DNA of 64,000 nucleotides, from positions 61,442 through 125,441 of the forward strand of contig DATMGH010000067.1 of NCBI GenBank assembly GCA_035555675.1. Direction: 5' to 3'. A model generated the notes under the pieces. The model had not been told where the DNA came from, did not search any database, and was given only the letters and a program-made list of their open reading frames with translations. The position numbers were made by a program, and so were the translations under genes. The stretch comes from Solirubrobacter sp. Its GTDB lineage: Bacteria; Actinomycetota; Thermoleophilia; Solirubrobacterales; Solirubrobacteraceae. Numbering within the stretch: the stretch's first letter is position 1; each line of letters begins with the position of its first letter. Shown here in pieces: positions 26,529 to 36,304 of the stretch.

Positions 26529-27382
26529 CGCGGGACGACCACCACGGGGCACGCCGCGCGCCGGATCAGGTGCCGTAGGACGCCGCCCAGCAGCACCCGC
26601 CGCAGCGGCCCGTAGCCGCGCGAGCCGCAGACCAGCAGGTCGACCTCGCGCTCGTCGAGCGCCGCCAGCGCGTCGATCGCCTCGCCCTCCAGCAGCTCGC
26701 AGGACACCGGGACGGTCAACGTGTCCGCCATCCGCGCCTGCGCGTCCCGCGCGTCCTCGCGCACCGTCGCCAGGAACGCCTGCTCGGCGTCCCAGCCGAT
26801 GATCGGGGAGAACACCTCCGCGCGCGGCGCGATCACGGTGTACAGGATCACGGCCGCGCCCATCCGCTCGGCCAGGGAGCCGGCGACCCGCGCCGCCTCA
26901 CGACCTTCCGTCGTGTCCAGGAACCCGACGCCGATGCGTTCGAGCGACGCCCCGGAGCGGTCCCGGTGCCCGCGCGGGGCGACCGCGACCGGGCAGCTCG
27001 CGCCGTGCAGCAGCCGCTCGCCGGTCGAGCCGGGGGAGATCCGCCGCCGCGCGCCCCGCCGCGAGGAGCCGACCGCGATCAGCGACGCGCCCTCGGCCTC
27101 GGCGACGTCGTCGAGCCCGTGCGCCGCCGACTCGGACCCGACGGCGCGGTACGCGACGCCGTCGTCCCCGAACGTCCGCCGCACCCCCGCCAGCCCCTCC
27201 TCGGCCTGCTCGCGCATGTAGGCGACCCACTCGGCGTCCACGCGCCCCGGCCCGATCGGGTTCTCCTGCGGATACACGCTCACCACCAGCAGGTCCTCGC
27301 CCGTCGCGCGCGCCAGCTGCGCCCCGAGCGCGACCGCGTCGTCGCCGCAGTCGGACCCGTCGTGCCCCGCGACGACGGTCAT
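26492..27382 (-). CDS. Tandem-domain universal stress protein
   Basis: Two USP domains (IAVGSS..GSTGERLLH.ASCPVAV; VCGSRGYG..LLGGV..AACPVVVVP). Confidence 0.92.
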   Translation of the reverse strand: MTVVAGHDGSDCGDDAVALGAQLARATGEDLLVVSVYPQENPIGPGRVDAEWVAYMREQAEEGLAGVRRTFGDDGVAYRAVGSESAAHGLDDVAEAEGASLIAVGSSRRGARRRISPGSTGERLLHGASCPVAVAPRGHRDRSGASLERIGVGFLDTTEGREAARVAGSLAERMGAAVILYTVIAPRAEVFSPIIGWDAEQAFLATVREDARDAQARMADTLTVPVSCELLEGEAIDALAALDEREVDLLVCGSRGYGPLRRVLLGGVLRHLIRRAACPVVVVPRHSAESSHHQAG

Positions 27383-28809
27383 GACCGCTCACCCGTCGCC
27401 CGCTGCAGCCGCGAGTGCTTGCGCCCGTAGAAGAAGTAGATCGCGAGCCCGGCCACCAGCCAGATCACGAACCGCCACCACGTCTCGCTCGGCAGCCGCG
27501 TCATCAGGTAGATGACCAGGATGATCCCGATGATCGGGAACAGCGGCACGAGCGGCACCCGGAACGGGCGCTCCATCTCCGGCTCAGTGTGCCGCAGGAT
27601 CCAGACGCCGATGTTGACCAGCAGGAACGCGAACAGCGTCCCGATGTTGACCAGCTTGACGATCTCGTTCAGCGGCGCGACCGCGGCCAGCACGGCGATC
27701 AGCGTCCCCATGATCACCGTCAGCCGGATCGGCGTGCCGGTGCGCGGGTTCACCCGCGCGACGCGGCGCGTGATCAGCCCGTCACGGGCCATCGCGAAGA
27801 AGATCCGGGTCTGCCCGTAGAACAGCGTGATCAGCACGCTGGTGATCGCGACCAGTGCGCCGAACGCGACCACGCTCGCGGCCCAGCTGATCCCGGCGCC
27901 CTCGTCGAGCGCGGCCGCCAGCGGCGCGTCGGACTTGCCCAGCGCGGCGGCGTTGAGCGACCCGACCGCGGCGAGCGCGACCAGGATGTAGATGATCGTG
28001 CAGATCACGAGCGAGCCGATGATCGCCAGCGGCAGGTCGCGTTTGGGCTCGCGCGCCTCCTCGGCGCCGGTCGAGACCGCGTCGAAGCCGATGTAGGCGA
28101 AGAAGATCACCGCCGCGGCGTTGACGACGCCGTCGGCCCCGTTGGCCGCGAACGGCGTCAGATTGTCCCCGTTGAACGCGGCGCTGAACGCGACGACGAT
28201 GAAGAACGCGAGCACCGCGAGCTTGATGAAGACGATGATCAGGTTCGTCCGCGCGGTCTCGCGCACGCCGCGGGAGAGCAGGAACATCACCGCGATCACG
28301 ATCACCACGGCCGGCAGGTTCAGGACGCCGCCGTCTTCGCGCGCGGTCGAGATCGACGTGGGCAGCGTGAAGCTGAACGTGTTCTCCAGGAACTCGTTGA
28401 GGTTGCCGCCCCAGCCGACGGCGACGGCGGCGACCGCCACCCCGTACTCGAGGATCAGGTCCCACCCGATCACCCAGGCCACCAGCTCCCCGAGCGTGGC
28501 GTACGCGTACGTGTAGGCGCTGCCGGAGACGGGGATCGACGACGCCAGCTCGGCGTAGGAGAGCGCGGAGAACATGCACGTGACCGCGGCCAGGACGAAC
28601 GAGAGGATCACGGCCGGGCCCGCGTCGCCGATCCCCGTGCCGATGACCACGAAGATGCCGGTGCCGATGACCGCCCCGACGCCCAGGGCGGTGAGGTCGA
28701 GCGCACCGACCGCGCGCTTGAGCGAGCCCTCCTCGGCGCCCGCTTCCGTGTCGGCGATCAGCCGCCGGTGGTCCTTGACCGCCCACGGCCCCGTCGTCCT
28801 GCTCGCCAT
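27379..28809 (-). CDS. APC-family amino acid permease
   Basis: GVGAVIGTGIF, YAEL.S.IP.SGSAYTY, FFAYIGFD, GQTRIFFAMARDG; GGAGGTG RBS before ATG 28809. Confidence 0.95.
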   Translation of the reverse strand: MASRTTGPWAVKDHRRLIADTEAGAEEGSLKRAVGALDLTALGVGAVIGTGIFVVIGTGIGDAGPAVILSFVLAAVTCMFSALSYAELASSIPVSGSAYTYAYATLGELVAWVIGWDLILEYGVAVAAVAVGWGGNLNEFLENTFSFTLPTSISTAREDGGVLNLPAVVIVIAVMFLLSRGVRETARTNLIIVFIKLAVLAFFIVVAFSAAFNGDNLTPFAANGADGVVNAAAVIFFAYIGFDAVSTGAEEAREPKRDLPLAIIGSLVICTIIYILVALAAVGSLNAAALGKSDAPLAAALDEGAGISWAASVVAFGALVAITSVLITLFYGQTRIFFAMARDGLITRRVARVNPRTGTPIRLTVIMGTLIAVLAAVAPLNEIVKLVNIGTLFAFLLVNIGVWILRHTEPEMERPFRVPLVPLFPIIGIILVIYLMTRLPSETWWRFVIWLVAGLAIYFFYGRKHSRLQRATGERS

Positions 28810-28875
28810 GCGCACCTCCCTTGGGTCTCGCGAGCGGGACGTTACACGTCTGGAGCGCCGGTCAGAATCACCGGC

Positions 28876-30948
28876 GTGCGCTTCGCGAGCCGTGACCCGC
28901 TTCCGGACGAGGCGGCGTTCGCGCCGCGCTATCCCCGACCCTCGCGTCTGGACGCGCCGCTGACGCTGCCGGGGGAGAAGGCGGAGAAGGCCGCGGAGCG
29001 GCTCGGGCTGCGCACGGTCGCCGATCTGCTCGACCACATTCCGCGCGACCGCCGGGCCGCGCGCACGATCGCCGAGCTGGGGATCGACGAGGTCGCGACC
29101 GTGGTGGTCGAGGTGCGCTCGATCACGAGCCGCCCGGTGCGCCGGCGCGGCATGAAGCCGCTGGTGTCGGCGCGGGTGGCGGACGAGACCGGGACGATGA
29201 CGGTCACGTTCTTCAACCAGCCGTGGCTGGAGCGCCGCTACCGGCCCGGCACGCGCCTGCTGCTGACCGGCAAGTACCAGGGGCACCGCGGGTTCCGCGT
29301 CAACGAGCACGCGGAGACGGGCGAGCTGGTCGCGGCCGGGGAGGACATGGCGACCTACCCGGCCTCCGAGGGGCTGACGTCGGTGCAGATCGCGGCGCTG
29401 GTGCACGAGCACCGGGCGGCGATGCGCGACGTGCCGGAGCCGCTGCCGGCGCACATTCGCGTCAGCGAGCGGCTGCCGGACCGCTGGGCGGCGCTCGACG
29501 CCGCGCACTTCGGCGACCAGGAAGGCGGTCGCCGGCGGCTCGCGTTCGACGAGCTCTTGCTGCTGCAGATCGCGCTGCTGGCGCGCCGGACGCGGCGCCG
29601 CGAGGGGGCGCGGGCGGCGGCGCTGGCGCCGCCGGGCGCGCTGACCGCGCGCTGGCTGGCCGACTCGCTGCCGTTCACGCCCACCGGCGACCAGCGGTCC
29701 GCGATGGCCGCGATCGACGCCGACGTCGCCGCCGAGCGCCCGATGCAGCGCCTGCTGATGGGCGAGGTCGGCTCCGGCAAGACGGTCGTCGCGCTCTACG
29801 CGATGCTGCGCGCGGTCGAGTCCGGCGCCCAGGCGGCGCTGATGGCGCCGACCGAGACGCTGGCCGAGCAGCACTTCGCGACGCTCCAGAAGCTGATGCC
29901 GGGAGAGCTGGTGCAGGCCGCGCTGCTGACCGGCTCGACGCCGCCCGGCCGGCGCGCGGACCTGCTGGGCAAGCTCGCGACCGGCGAGCTGAAGCTGCTG
30001 GTCGGCACGCACGCGCTGATCGAGGAGGCGGTCGCCTTCGACCGGCTGGCGGTGGCGGTGGTCGACGAGCAGCACCGGTTCGGCGTCAACCAGCGCCGCG
30101 CGCTGGACCGCAAGGCGCCGGCCGGCCTCGCCCCGCACGTCCTGCACATGACGGCCACGCCGATCCCGCGCACGCTGGCGCTGACCGCGTACGGGGACCT
30201 CGACGTGACCGTCCTGCGCGAGCTGCCCGCGGGCCGGCGGCCGATCGAGACGTTCGTCGCCGCCACCGACGCCGAGCGCGCCCGCGCGTACGAGCGCATC
30301 CGCGAGGAGCTCGACGCCGGCCGCCAGGCGTTCGTCGTCTGCCCGCTGGTCGAGGAGTCCGAGGCGCTGCAGGCGCGCGCGGCGACCGCCGAGTTCGAGC
30401 GCCTGCGCGGCGGCGAGCTCAAGGACTACGACGTGGTCCTGATGCACGGCCAGATGCGCCCGAAGGCCAAGCAGGAGGCGATGCTGGCGTTCGCCGCCGG
30501 CGGCGCGGACGTGCTCGTGGCCACGACCGTGATCGAGGTCGGCATCGACGTCCCGAACGCGACGGTGATGCTGGTCGAGGACGCCGACCGCTACGGGATC
30601 TCCCAGCTGCACCAGCTGCGCGGGCGGATCGGGCGCGGCGCGCACGCGTCGCTGTGCCTGCTGTTCGGCTCCAAGGACTCGCGCCGGCTGCGCGCGCTGG
30701 CCGACCACAGCGACGGGTTCCGGCTGGCCGAGATCGACCTCGAGCTGCGCGGGGAGGGGGAGATGCTCGGCGTCCGGCAGTCCGGCCTGCAGGCGTTCAA
30801 GTTCGCCCGGCTGCCGGAGGACGTGGAGCTGCTCGAGCGCGCCCGGCGGTGGGCGCGCGAGCTGCTCGACGCGCCGCTGGACCCCCTGATCGAGGACGCG
30901 CTGGTGCGCGCGTTCGGCGCCGACGCGCTGGAACCGATCCCGGCCTGA
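28876..30948 (+). CDS. recG: ATP-dependent DNA helicase RecG
   Basis: GEVGSGKT, DEQHRFG, MTATPIPRTL, TTVIEVGIDVPNA, LHQLRGRIGRG; start approximate (CAGAAT lies 7 nt upstream of the GTG). Confidence 0.96.
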   Translation: MRFASRDPLPDEAAFAPRYPRPSRLDAPLTLPGEKAEKAAERLGLRTVADLLDHIPRDRRAARTIAELGIDEVATVVVEVRSITSRPVRRRGMKPLVSARVADETGTMTVTFFNQPWLERRYRPGTRLLLTGKYQGHRGFRVNEHAETGELVAAGEDMATYPASEGLTSVQIAALVHEHRAAMRDVPEPLPAHIRVSERLPDRWAALDAAHFGDQEGGRRRLAFDELLLLQIALLARRTRRREGARAAALAPPGALTARWLADSLPFTPTGDQRSAMAAIDADVAAERPMQRLLMGEVGSGKTVVALYAMLRAVESGAQAALMAPTETLAEQHFATLQKLMPGELVQAALLTGSTPPGRRADLLGKLATGELKLLVGTHALIEEAVAFDRLAVAVVDEQHRFGVNQRRALDRKAPAGLAPHVLHMTATPIPRTLALTAYGDLDVTVLRELPAGRRPIETFVAATDAERARAYERIREELDAGRQAFVVCPLVEESEALQARAATAEFERLRGGELKDYDVVLMHGQMRPKAKQEAMLAFAAGGADVLVATTVIEVGIDVPNATVMLVEDADRYGISQLHQLRGRIGRGAHASLCLLFGSKDSRRLRALADHSDGFRLAEIDLELRGEGEMLGVRQSGLQAFKFARLPEDVELLERARRWARELLDAPLDPLIEDALVRAFGADALEPIPA

Positions 30949-30949
30949 G

Positions 30950-30998
30950 GGGGTGTGGCCGCCAGGTCGCCTGACAGGCGACCCAGCGGCCACACCCC
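30950..30998. terminator. Long near-perfect hairpin between convergent recG and ltrA
   Basis: GGGGTGTGGCCGC-CA-GGTCGCCT-GAC-AGGCGACC-CA-GCGGCCACACCCC. Confidence 0.8.
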
Positions 30999-31033
30999 TA
31001 CGGCAGTACGCACGCCCGGGCGCCGGAAGTCCG

Positions 31034-32197
31034 CTACGGCACGGCCACGCGCCGCCGCGACGCGGTCTCGGCCGCGACCACGACGACCAGGATCGCGAGC
31101 ACCAGCGCGGCCAGCGCGAGCGCCGGGATCGTGGTCCCGAGCAGGCCGGCGAGCACGCACGCGGCCGCGCCGGCGAGCCGCTTGCGGCTCACCGTCCCCG
31201 CCATCCGCAGCCGGAAGAGCACGAGCGCCAGCAGGTAGATCGCGGGCCCGGCCACGACCGTCCAGGCGTCCGCGGCCTCGTGCAGCACGGCGTCCGCGTG
31301 GGCGATCACGAGCTCGTCGCCGACCGCGGCCACGATCACGCCCGCGACCAGGACCACGTGCAGGTAGGTGTAGGCGTCGCGGGCCGTGTTCGTGCGATTT
31401 GGGGCGAGCTCCAGCCGCCGCTGCGCCACCGCCGCGGACGCGTTGAAGTACAGCCACCACATCGCGGCGCTGCCGAGGAACGCGACCGCGAACGCGCCCA
31501 GCTGGGCGGCGCCGAGCTCCTCGCCGGACGTGGTCGCGCCCGTGACGACGATCGACTCGCCGAGCGCGAGGATGACGAACAGCTGGAAGCGCTCGGCGAA
31601 GTGCGCCACCTCGAGCTCCCACGCCGACGGCGCGACCCGCGGCAGCCCCGGCACCCAGTAGGTGCACAGCGGGCCGCCGTAGTCGATCGCCAGCGCCAGC
31701 AGCCACAGCAGCGTGCGGGCCGGGCCGCCGGCCAGCGCACCCGCGATCCAGAGCGCCCCCGCGACCAGGAACCAGATCAGGATCCGGCTGGCGCGCGTCC
31801 GCTCGATCGTCCCCCGCCGGCCGGCCACGAACGTCAGGAAGCCGTGACGGCCGACCTGGATCGCGACGTAGGCGCCCGCGAACAGCAGCGCGCGGTCGCC
31901 GAACGCCTCCGGGATCGCCACCGCCATCAGGAAGCTGGCCAGCATCAGCGCGATCAGCAGCAGCCGGACCGTGATCGAGTCCGGGTCGAGCTCGTTCGTC
32001 ACCCAGGTCGTGTAGTTCCAGGACCACCACACGACCAGCAGCACCAGCGCGGCCTGGCCGACGCCCTCCCACGTGAGGTGGCCGAGCAGGAAGTGCGAGA
32101 CCTGCGTGATCGCGAAGACGAAGACGAGGTCGTAGAACAGCTCGAGCGTCGTGACCTTCTGCTCGTGCGCGCCGCGGGCGCGCTGGAACCGGCTCAC
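31034..32197 (-). CDS. ltrA: Low temperature requirement protein A family membrane protein
   Basis: VTTLELFYDLVFVFA, WWSW..TTW, HFAERF.LF.I.ALGES, WWLYF, YTYLH. Confidence 0.92.
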   Translation of the reverse strand: MSRFQRARGAHEQKVTTLELFYDLVFVFAITQVSHFLLGHLTWEGVGQAALVLLVVWWSWNYTTWVTNELDPDSITVRLLLIALMLASFLMAVAIPEAFGDRALLFAGAYVAIQVGRHGFLTFVAGRRGTIERTRASRILIWFLVAGALWIAGALAGGPARTLLWLLALAIDYGGPLCTYWVPGLPRVAPSAWELEVAHFAERFQLFVILALGESIVVTGATTSGEELGAAQLGAFAVAFLGSAAMWWLYFNASAAVAQRRLELAPNRTNTARDAYTYLHVVLVAGVIVAAVGDELVIAHADAVLHEAADAWTVVAGPAIYLLALVLFRLRMAGTVSRKRLAGAAACVLAGLLGTTIPALALAALVLAILVVVVAAETASRRRVAVP

Positions 32198-32832
32198 GGC
32201 GGCGTGATCGCCAGCGCGCTCGCTTCGCCGGCGCGCAGGGCGGCGACGTGTTCGGTCAGGTTGGTCATGTCGATCAGCGACGCGCCGCCGCGGACCGCGG
32301 CCAGCACGGCGGCCTCCGTGCGCTCGATCTCGGCCGCCCGCTCCAGACACGCGTCCAGCTGGGCGCGCGGCGCGATCACGATGCCGTCGTCGTCGGCCAG
32401 GACCACGTCGCCGGGCGTCACCCGGAGGCCGCCGAACGCGATCGGCCCGCCGGTCCGGGGCGCGATGTCCGAGCGTCCCGCCACCGGCACGGTCCCGCGC
32501 GCCCACAGCGGGAAGTCGGCCGGCAGCCCGGTGCGGTCGCGCACGTAGCCGTCGACCACGATCCCGCCGAGCCCCTTGCGCGCCGCCTCGGTCGCCAGCA
32601 GCTCGCCGAGCGCCGCCAGCGGCGCGCCGCCGGCCTGGACGACCAGCACATCGCCCGGCTGGGCTTCGGCGATCGCGTGCAGCACGGAGAGGAACTCGCC
32701 GGCGGCCACGACCGTGAACGCGGGTCCGCACACCCGCGCCCGGGTGAGCGGCCGGATCGCGGGGTCGGCGACCGGAAGCGACTTGTCGACGTCACAGAGC
32801 GTGCTGACCGGCACGGCGGCGAGCGGATCCAT
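32194..32832 (-). CDS. RraA-family protein (HMG aldolase / RNase E regulator-like)
   Basis: GPAFTV, PGDVLVV, GELLA, GIVVDGYVRD, PGDVVLADDDGIV. Confidence 0.88.
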   Translation of the reverse strand: MDPLAAVPVSTLCDVDKSLPVADPAIRPLTRARVCGPAFTVVAAGEFLSVLHAIAEAQPGDVLVVQAGGAPLAALGELLATEAARKGLGGIVVDGYVRDRTGLPADFPLWARGTVPVAGRSDIAPRTGGPIAFGGLRVTPGDVVLADDDGIVIAPRAQLDACLERAAEIERTEAAVLAAVRGGASLIDMTNLTEHVAALRAGEASALAITPP

Positions 32833-32838
32833 GGCGCG

Positions 32839-32868
32839 AACCTTAAAGGTGCCAGGCCCCTTTAGGTT
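32839..32868. promoter_or_regulatory. Palindromic element AAAGGTGCCAGGCCCCTTT supplying -10-like hexamers in both directions
   Basis: AACCTTAAAGG..CCTTTAGGTT arms. Minus-strand TAAGGT is 7 nt before the rraA ATG; plus-strand TAGGTT is 9 nt before the rsmD ATG. Confidence 0.55.
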
Positions 32869-32877
32869 TGGAGGTCC

Positions 32878-33411
32878 ATGCGAATCATCGCCGGCAGGTA
32901 CGGAGGGCGCACGCTGACGGCGCCACGCGGCGCATCGACGCGTCCGACCTCGGATCGCGTCCGCGAGGCGCTGTTCAGCATCCTCGGCTCGGCGGTGCCA
33001 GGTGCGCACGTCCTGGACCTGTTCGCCGGCAGCGGCGCGCTCGGCCTGGAGGCGCGCTCGCGCGGGGCCGCCGCGGTCACGTTCGTCGACGACGACCGGG
33101 CCGCGATCGCCGCGATCCGGGCCAACCTGGACGCCCTCGGGGAGGCCGCCGACGTGCGCCGGATCGACGCGCTGCGGTTCCTGAGCGCCGCAGCCGGGAA
33201 CGACGCCCAATACGATCTTGTGTTCCTCGATCCTCCATACCGGCTCGCGGAGCGCCTGGCGCCGCCGCTGTCGACGGCCCTTCCTGCCGTGCTGGCGCCC
33301 GGTGCGATGGTCGTCGCGGAGTGCGACCGGCGGGCGCCGCTGGACCTCGCCTTGCCCTTGACCGACGAACGCCGTTACGGCGACACACTGATCCGCATTC
33401 ATGGCTCCTGA
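32878..33411 (+). CDS. rsmD: 16S rRNA m2G966 methyltransferase RsmD
   Basis: MRIIAG, RPTSDRVREALF, LDLFAGSGALGLEA.SRGA, DPPY. Confidence 0.96.
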   Translation: MRIIAGRYGGRTLTAPRGASTRPTSDRVREALFSILGSAVPGAHVLDLFAGSGALGLEARSRGAAAVTFVDDDRAAIAAIRANLDALGEAADVRRIDALRFLSAAAGNDAQYDLVFLDPPYRLAERLAPPLSTALPAVLAPGAMVVAECDRRAPLDLALPLTDERRYGDTLIRIHGS

Positions 33412-33898
33412 TCCCCGCATCGCCGTCTGTCCCGGGTCCTACGACCCGGTCACGAACGGCCACATAGACATCCTCTCCCGCGCCTCGACCATGTTCGACG
33501 AGATCATCGTCGCGGTCGTCAACGCGTCCGTGCGCAAGAACCGGGCGCTGTTCGACGCCGAGGAGCGGATCGCGTTCATCGAACACGCGACGGCGCACCT
33601 GGACAATGTCCGAGCGGTCCCATTCGACAAGCTCGTCGTCGACTTCGCGCGCGAACGGGGAGCCAAAGCGATCGTCAAGGGACTGCGCGCCATCTCGGAC
33701 TTCGAGTACGAGCTGGAGATGAATCAGCTCAACCGCTCATTGGCATCAGATGTGGAGTCCATCTACCTGATGGCCTCACCGCAGTACAGTTTTCTGTCCT
33801 CCAGCGGAGTCAAGGAGATCGCCACCTTCGGGGGCGATGTCTCGGGCCTCGTACCGGAGGAGGTCGCCCGCCGCTTGCAGGAAGCGCTCGGGCGGTAG
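33401..33898 (+). CDS. coaD: Phosphopantetheine adenylyltransferase
   Basis: PGSYDPVTNGH, KGLRAISDFEYE, SSSGVKE. Confidence 0.97.
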   Translation: MAPDPRIAVCPGSYDPVTNGHIDILSRASTMFDEIIVAVVNASVRKNRALFDAEERIAFIEHATAHLDNVRAVPFDKLVVDFARERGAKAIVKGLRAISDFEYELEMNQLNRSLASDVESIYLMASPQYSFLSSSGVKEIATFGGDVSGLVPEEVARRLQEALGR

Positions 33899-33914
33899 CG
33901 AAACGGGGAGCACC

Positions 33915-34379
33915 ATGGACGTCCTGGTACTGATCGACAAGCTGGACGACCTCGTCCACAACGCCAAAGCGGTGCCGCTCACGGACACCGTGCGCGTGGA
34001 CAAAGAGGAGATCTACGACATCCTCGACCAGATGCGCGCCACGATTCCCGAGGAGATCAAGCAGGCGCGCTGGATCGTCAAGGAGCGCCAGGAGATGCTC
34101 GCGGAGGCCAAGCGCGAGGCCGAGCGCATCGTCAAGGAGGCGCGCGAGCGCCAGGAGCAGCTGGTCTCCCAGCAGGAGGTCACCCGCCAGGCGGAACGCG
34201 CGGCGGAGGACATCATCGAGGACGCCCGCGCCCGCGAGCGTGAGATCCGGCTCGGCGCGGAGGACTACGCCGACGAGATCCTGAACACGCTCGAGGTCAA
34301 CCTGTCGAAGTTCATCGCCGCCGTGCAACGTGGCCGGGAGCGGTTGCAGGGCCGCGACGAGCCGGCTGAAGTTTCATAG
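33915..34379 (+). CDS. DivIVA-like coiled-coil protein (SepIVA-like)
   Basis: LPEE-like IPEEIKQARWI followed by heptad coiled coil; sits directly after coaD, as SepIVA-type genes do in actinomycetes. Confidence 0.7.
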   Translation: MDVLVLIDKLDDLVHNAKAVPLTDTVRVDKEEIYDILDQMRATIPEEIKQARWIVKERQEMLAEAKREAERIVKEARERQEQLVSQQEVTRQAERAAEDIIEDARAREREIRLGAEDYADEILNTLEVNLSKFIAAVQRGRERLQGRDEPAEVS

Positions 34380-34435
34380 AGATTCAAGGGCGGGACATCC
34401 CCACCACCCCACCCCGATCATCCGGCCTTGAACTG

Positions 34436-35221
34436 GTGGGTCTGACCCGGCGCTTCGGCGACCGGGTCGCGCTGGACGGCGTGTCGTTCGCGGTGGAGCC
34501 GCGCCAGATGTTCGGCTTCGTCGGCCCGAACGGCGCCGGCAAGACGACCACGATGCGGATCATCCTGGGCGTGCTCGGGGCGGACGCCGGGTCGGTGCTG
34601 TGGAACGGCGTGCCGGTCGACATGGCGACCCGCTCGCGGTTCGGCTACATGCCCGAGGAGCGCGGGCTGTACCCGAAGATGCGCGTGCGCGCGCAGCTCG
34701 TCTACTTCGCCGCGCTGCACGGGGTCGCGGCGCCGGAGGAGGCGGCGGACCGCTGGATCTCCCGGCTGGGGCTGTCCTCGCGGGCCTCCGATCGCGTCGA
34801 GCAGCTGTCGCTCGGCAACCAGCAGCGCGTGCAGCTCGCCGCGGCGCTGGTCCACGAGCCGTCGCTGCTGGTCCTCGACGAACCGTTCTCCGGGCTGGAC
34901 CCGGTCGGCGTCGACGTGCTCTCCGGGGTGCTGGCCGAGTACGCCGCGACCGGCGTGCCGGTGCTGTTCTCCAGCCACCAGCTCGAGCTGGTCGAGCGGC
35001 TGTGCGAGGCGGTGGCGATCATCAAGGACGGGCGGCTGGTCGCGTCCGGCTCCGTGGAGTCGCTGCGCGGCAGCGCCGGGTCGGACGCGGTGCGGGTCGT
35101 GGTCGAGGGCGCCTCCCTGGAGGAGGTGCGCGCGGCGGCCGGGTCCGTCGGGCGTGTCGTCTCGGCCGGTTACGCGGGGCCGTCGCTGGCCGAGCTGTTC
35201 CGGGAGGTCGTCCGTGATTAG
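34436..35221 (+). CDS. ABC-2-type transporter ATP-binding protein (start uncertain)
   Basis: GPNGAGKTT, LSLGNQQR, LDEPFSGLDP. Confidence 0.93.
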   Translation: MGLTRRFGDRVALDGVSFAVEPRQMFGFVGPNGAGKTTTMRIILGVLGADAGSVLWNGVPVDMATRSRFGYMPEERGLYPKMRVRAQLVYFAALHGVAAPEEAADRWISRLGLSSRASDRVEQLSLGNQQRVQLAAALVHEPSLLVLDEPFSGLDPVGVDVLSGVLAEYAATGVPVLFSSHQLELVERLCEAVAIIKDGRLVASGSVESLRGSAGSDAVRVVVEGASLEEVRAAAGSVGRVVSAGYAGPSLAELFREVVRD

Positions 35222-36293
35222 GCTCGTCGCACGGCGGGAGCTGACCGAGCGCGTGCGCGAGCGATCGTTCCTGGTCTCGACCGGGATCACGCTCGGGATC
35301 ATCGTCCTGGCCGTCCTGCTGCCGCTCATCTTCGGGTTCGGCGGGCCGAAGCACTACGTGGTCGCGGGCGGGGACGCCGCGGGCCGCGCGGTCGCCGAGC
35401 AGGCCGTGCGGGTGGCCGACTCCTTCGACGCGACGGTCGTCGTGTCCGACCGCGATCCGGACGCCACGGTCGAGGGCGGGGAGATCCGCTCCACCGACGA
35501 GCCGGACGACACGCTCGTGAACATCCTGCAGGTCGCCAACCAGCAGGTGCAGTCCGCGCCGCCGCCGGCGCTGCGGGTCGTCACCAGCTCGCCGGTCGAC
35601 CCGGACCGGGACGCCAAGGCGGGCCTCGCGTTCTTCGCGATCCTGATCCTGTACGGGCAGCTGCTGACCTACGGCATGTGGGTGGCGACCGGCGTGGTCG
35701 AGGAGAAGTCCTCGCGGGTGGTCGAGATCCTGCTGTCCACGATCCGGCCGCGCGACCTGCTGGCGGGCAAGGCGATCGGGCTGGGGCTGCTCGGGCTCGG
35801 GCAGCTGCTGGTGATCTCCACGGTCGGGCTGATCGTCGCCGCGGTCTCGGGTGCGCTGCACGTCGACGGCAACCTGGTCGGCGCGGTCGCGCTGTCGCTG
35901 GTGTGGTTCGTGCTCGGCTACGCGTTCTACGCGTCGGCGTTCGCGGTCGCGGGGGCGCTGGTGCCGCGCCAGGAGGAGCTCCAGGGGGCGCTGATGCCGC
36001 TCACGATGGTGATCCTGATCTCGCTGTTCGCCGGGTTCGCGGTCAACGAGAACCCGGACGGGACGTTCGCGCACGTGACCGCGTTCATCCCGCCGATGGC
36101 GCCGGTGACGATGCCGTCGCGGATCATCCTCGGTGCGGCGCCGGCGTGGGAGGTGGCCGCGTCGGTCGCGCTGATGCTGGGGTCGACGCTGCTGCTGGTG
36201 CCGTTCGCGGCCCGGATCTACGCGGCGGTGGTGCTGCGGACGGGCTCGGCCGTGAAGCTGCGCGAGGCGATCCGGCTCGCGCGCGCCGAGTAG
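35214..36293 (+). CDS. ABC-2-type permease
   Basis: GVVEEKSSRVVEILL, GK..G, PRQEELQ; six TM pattern. Confidence 0.92.
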   Translation: MIRLVARRELTERVRERSFLVSTGITLGIIVLAVLLPLIFGFGGPKHYVVAGGDAAGRAVAEQAVRVADSFDATVVVSDRDPDATVEGGEIRSTDEPDDTLVNILQVANQQVQSAPPPALRVVTSSPVDPDRDAKAGLAFFAILILYGQLLTYGMWVATGVVEEKSSRVVEILLSTIRPRDLLAGKAIGLGLLGLGQLLVISTVGLIVAAVSGALHVDGNLVGAVALSLVWFVLGYAFYASAFAVAGALVPRQEELQGALMPLTMVILISLFAGFAVNENPDGTFAHVTAFIPPMAPVTMPSRIILGAAPAWEVAASVALMLGSTLLLVPFAARIYAAVVLRTGSAVKLREAIRLARAE

Positions 36294-36304
36294 CATCGAC
36301 GCGC

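Noticed and set aside
27379-30993. 1204-aa fusion containing the amino acid permease
   Set aside because: The upstream part is antisense to recG; the real start is ATG 28809 with a GGAGGTG RBS.
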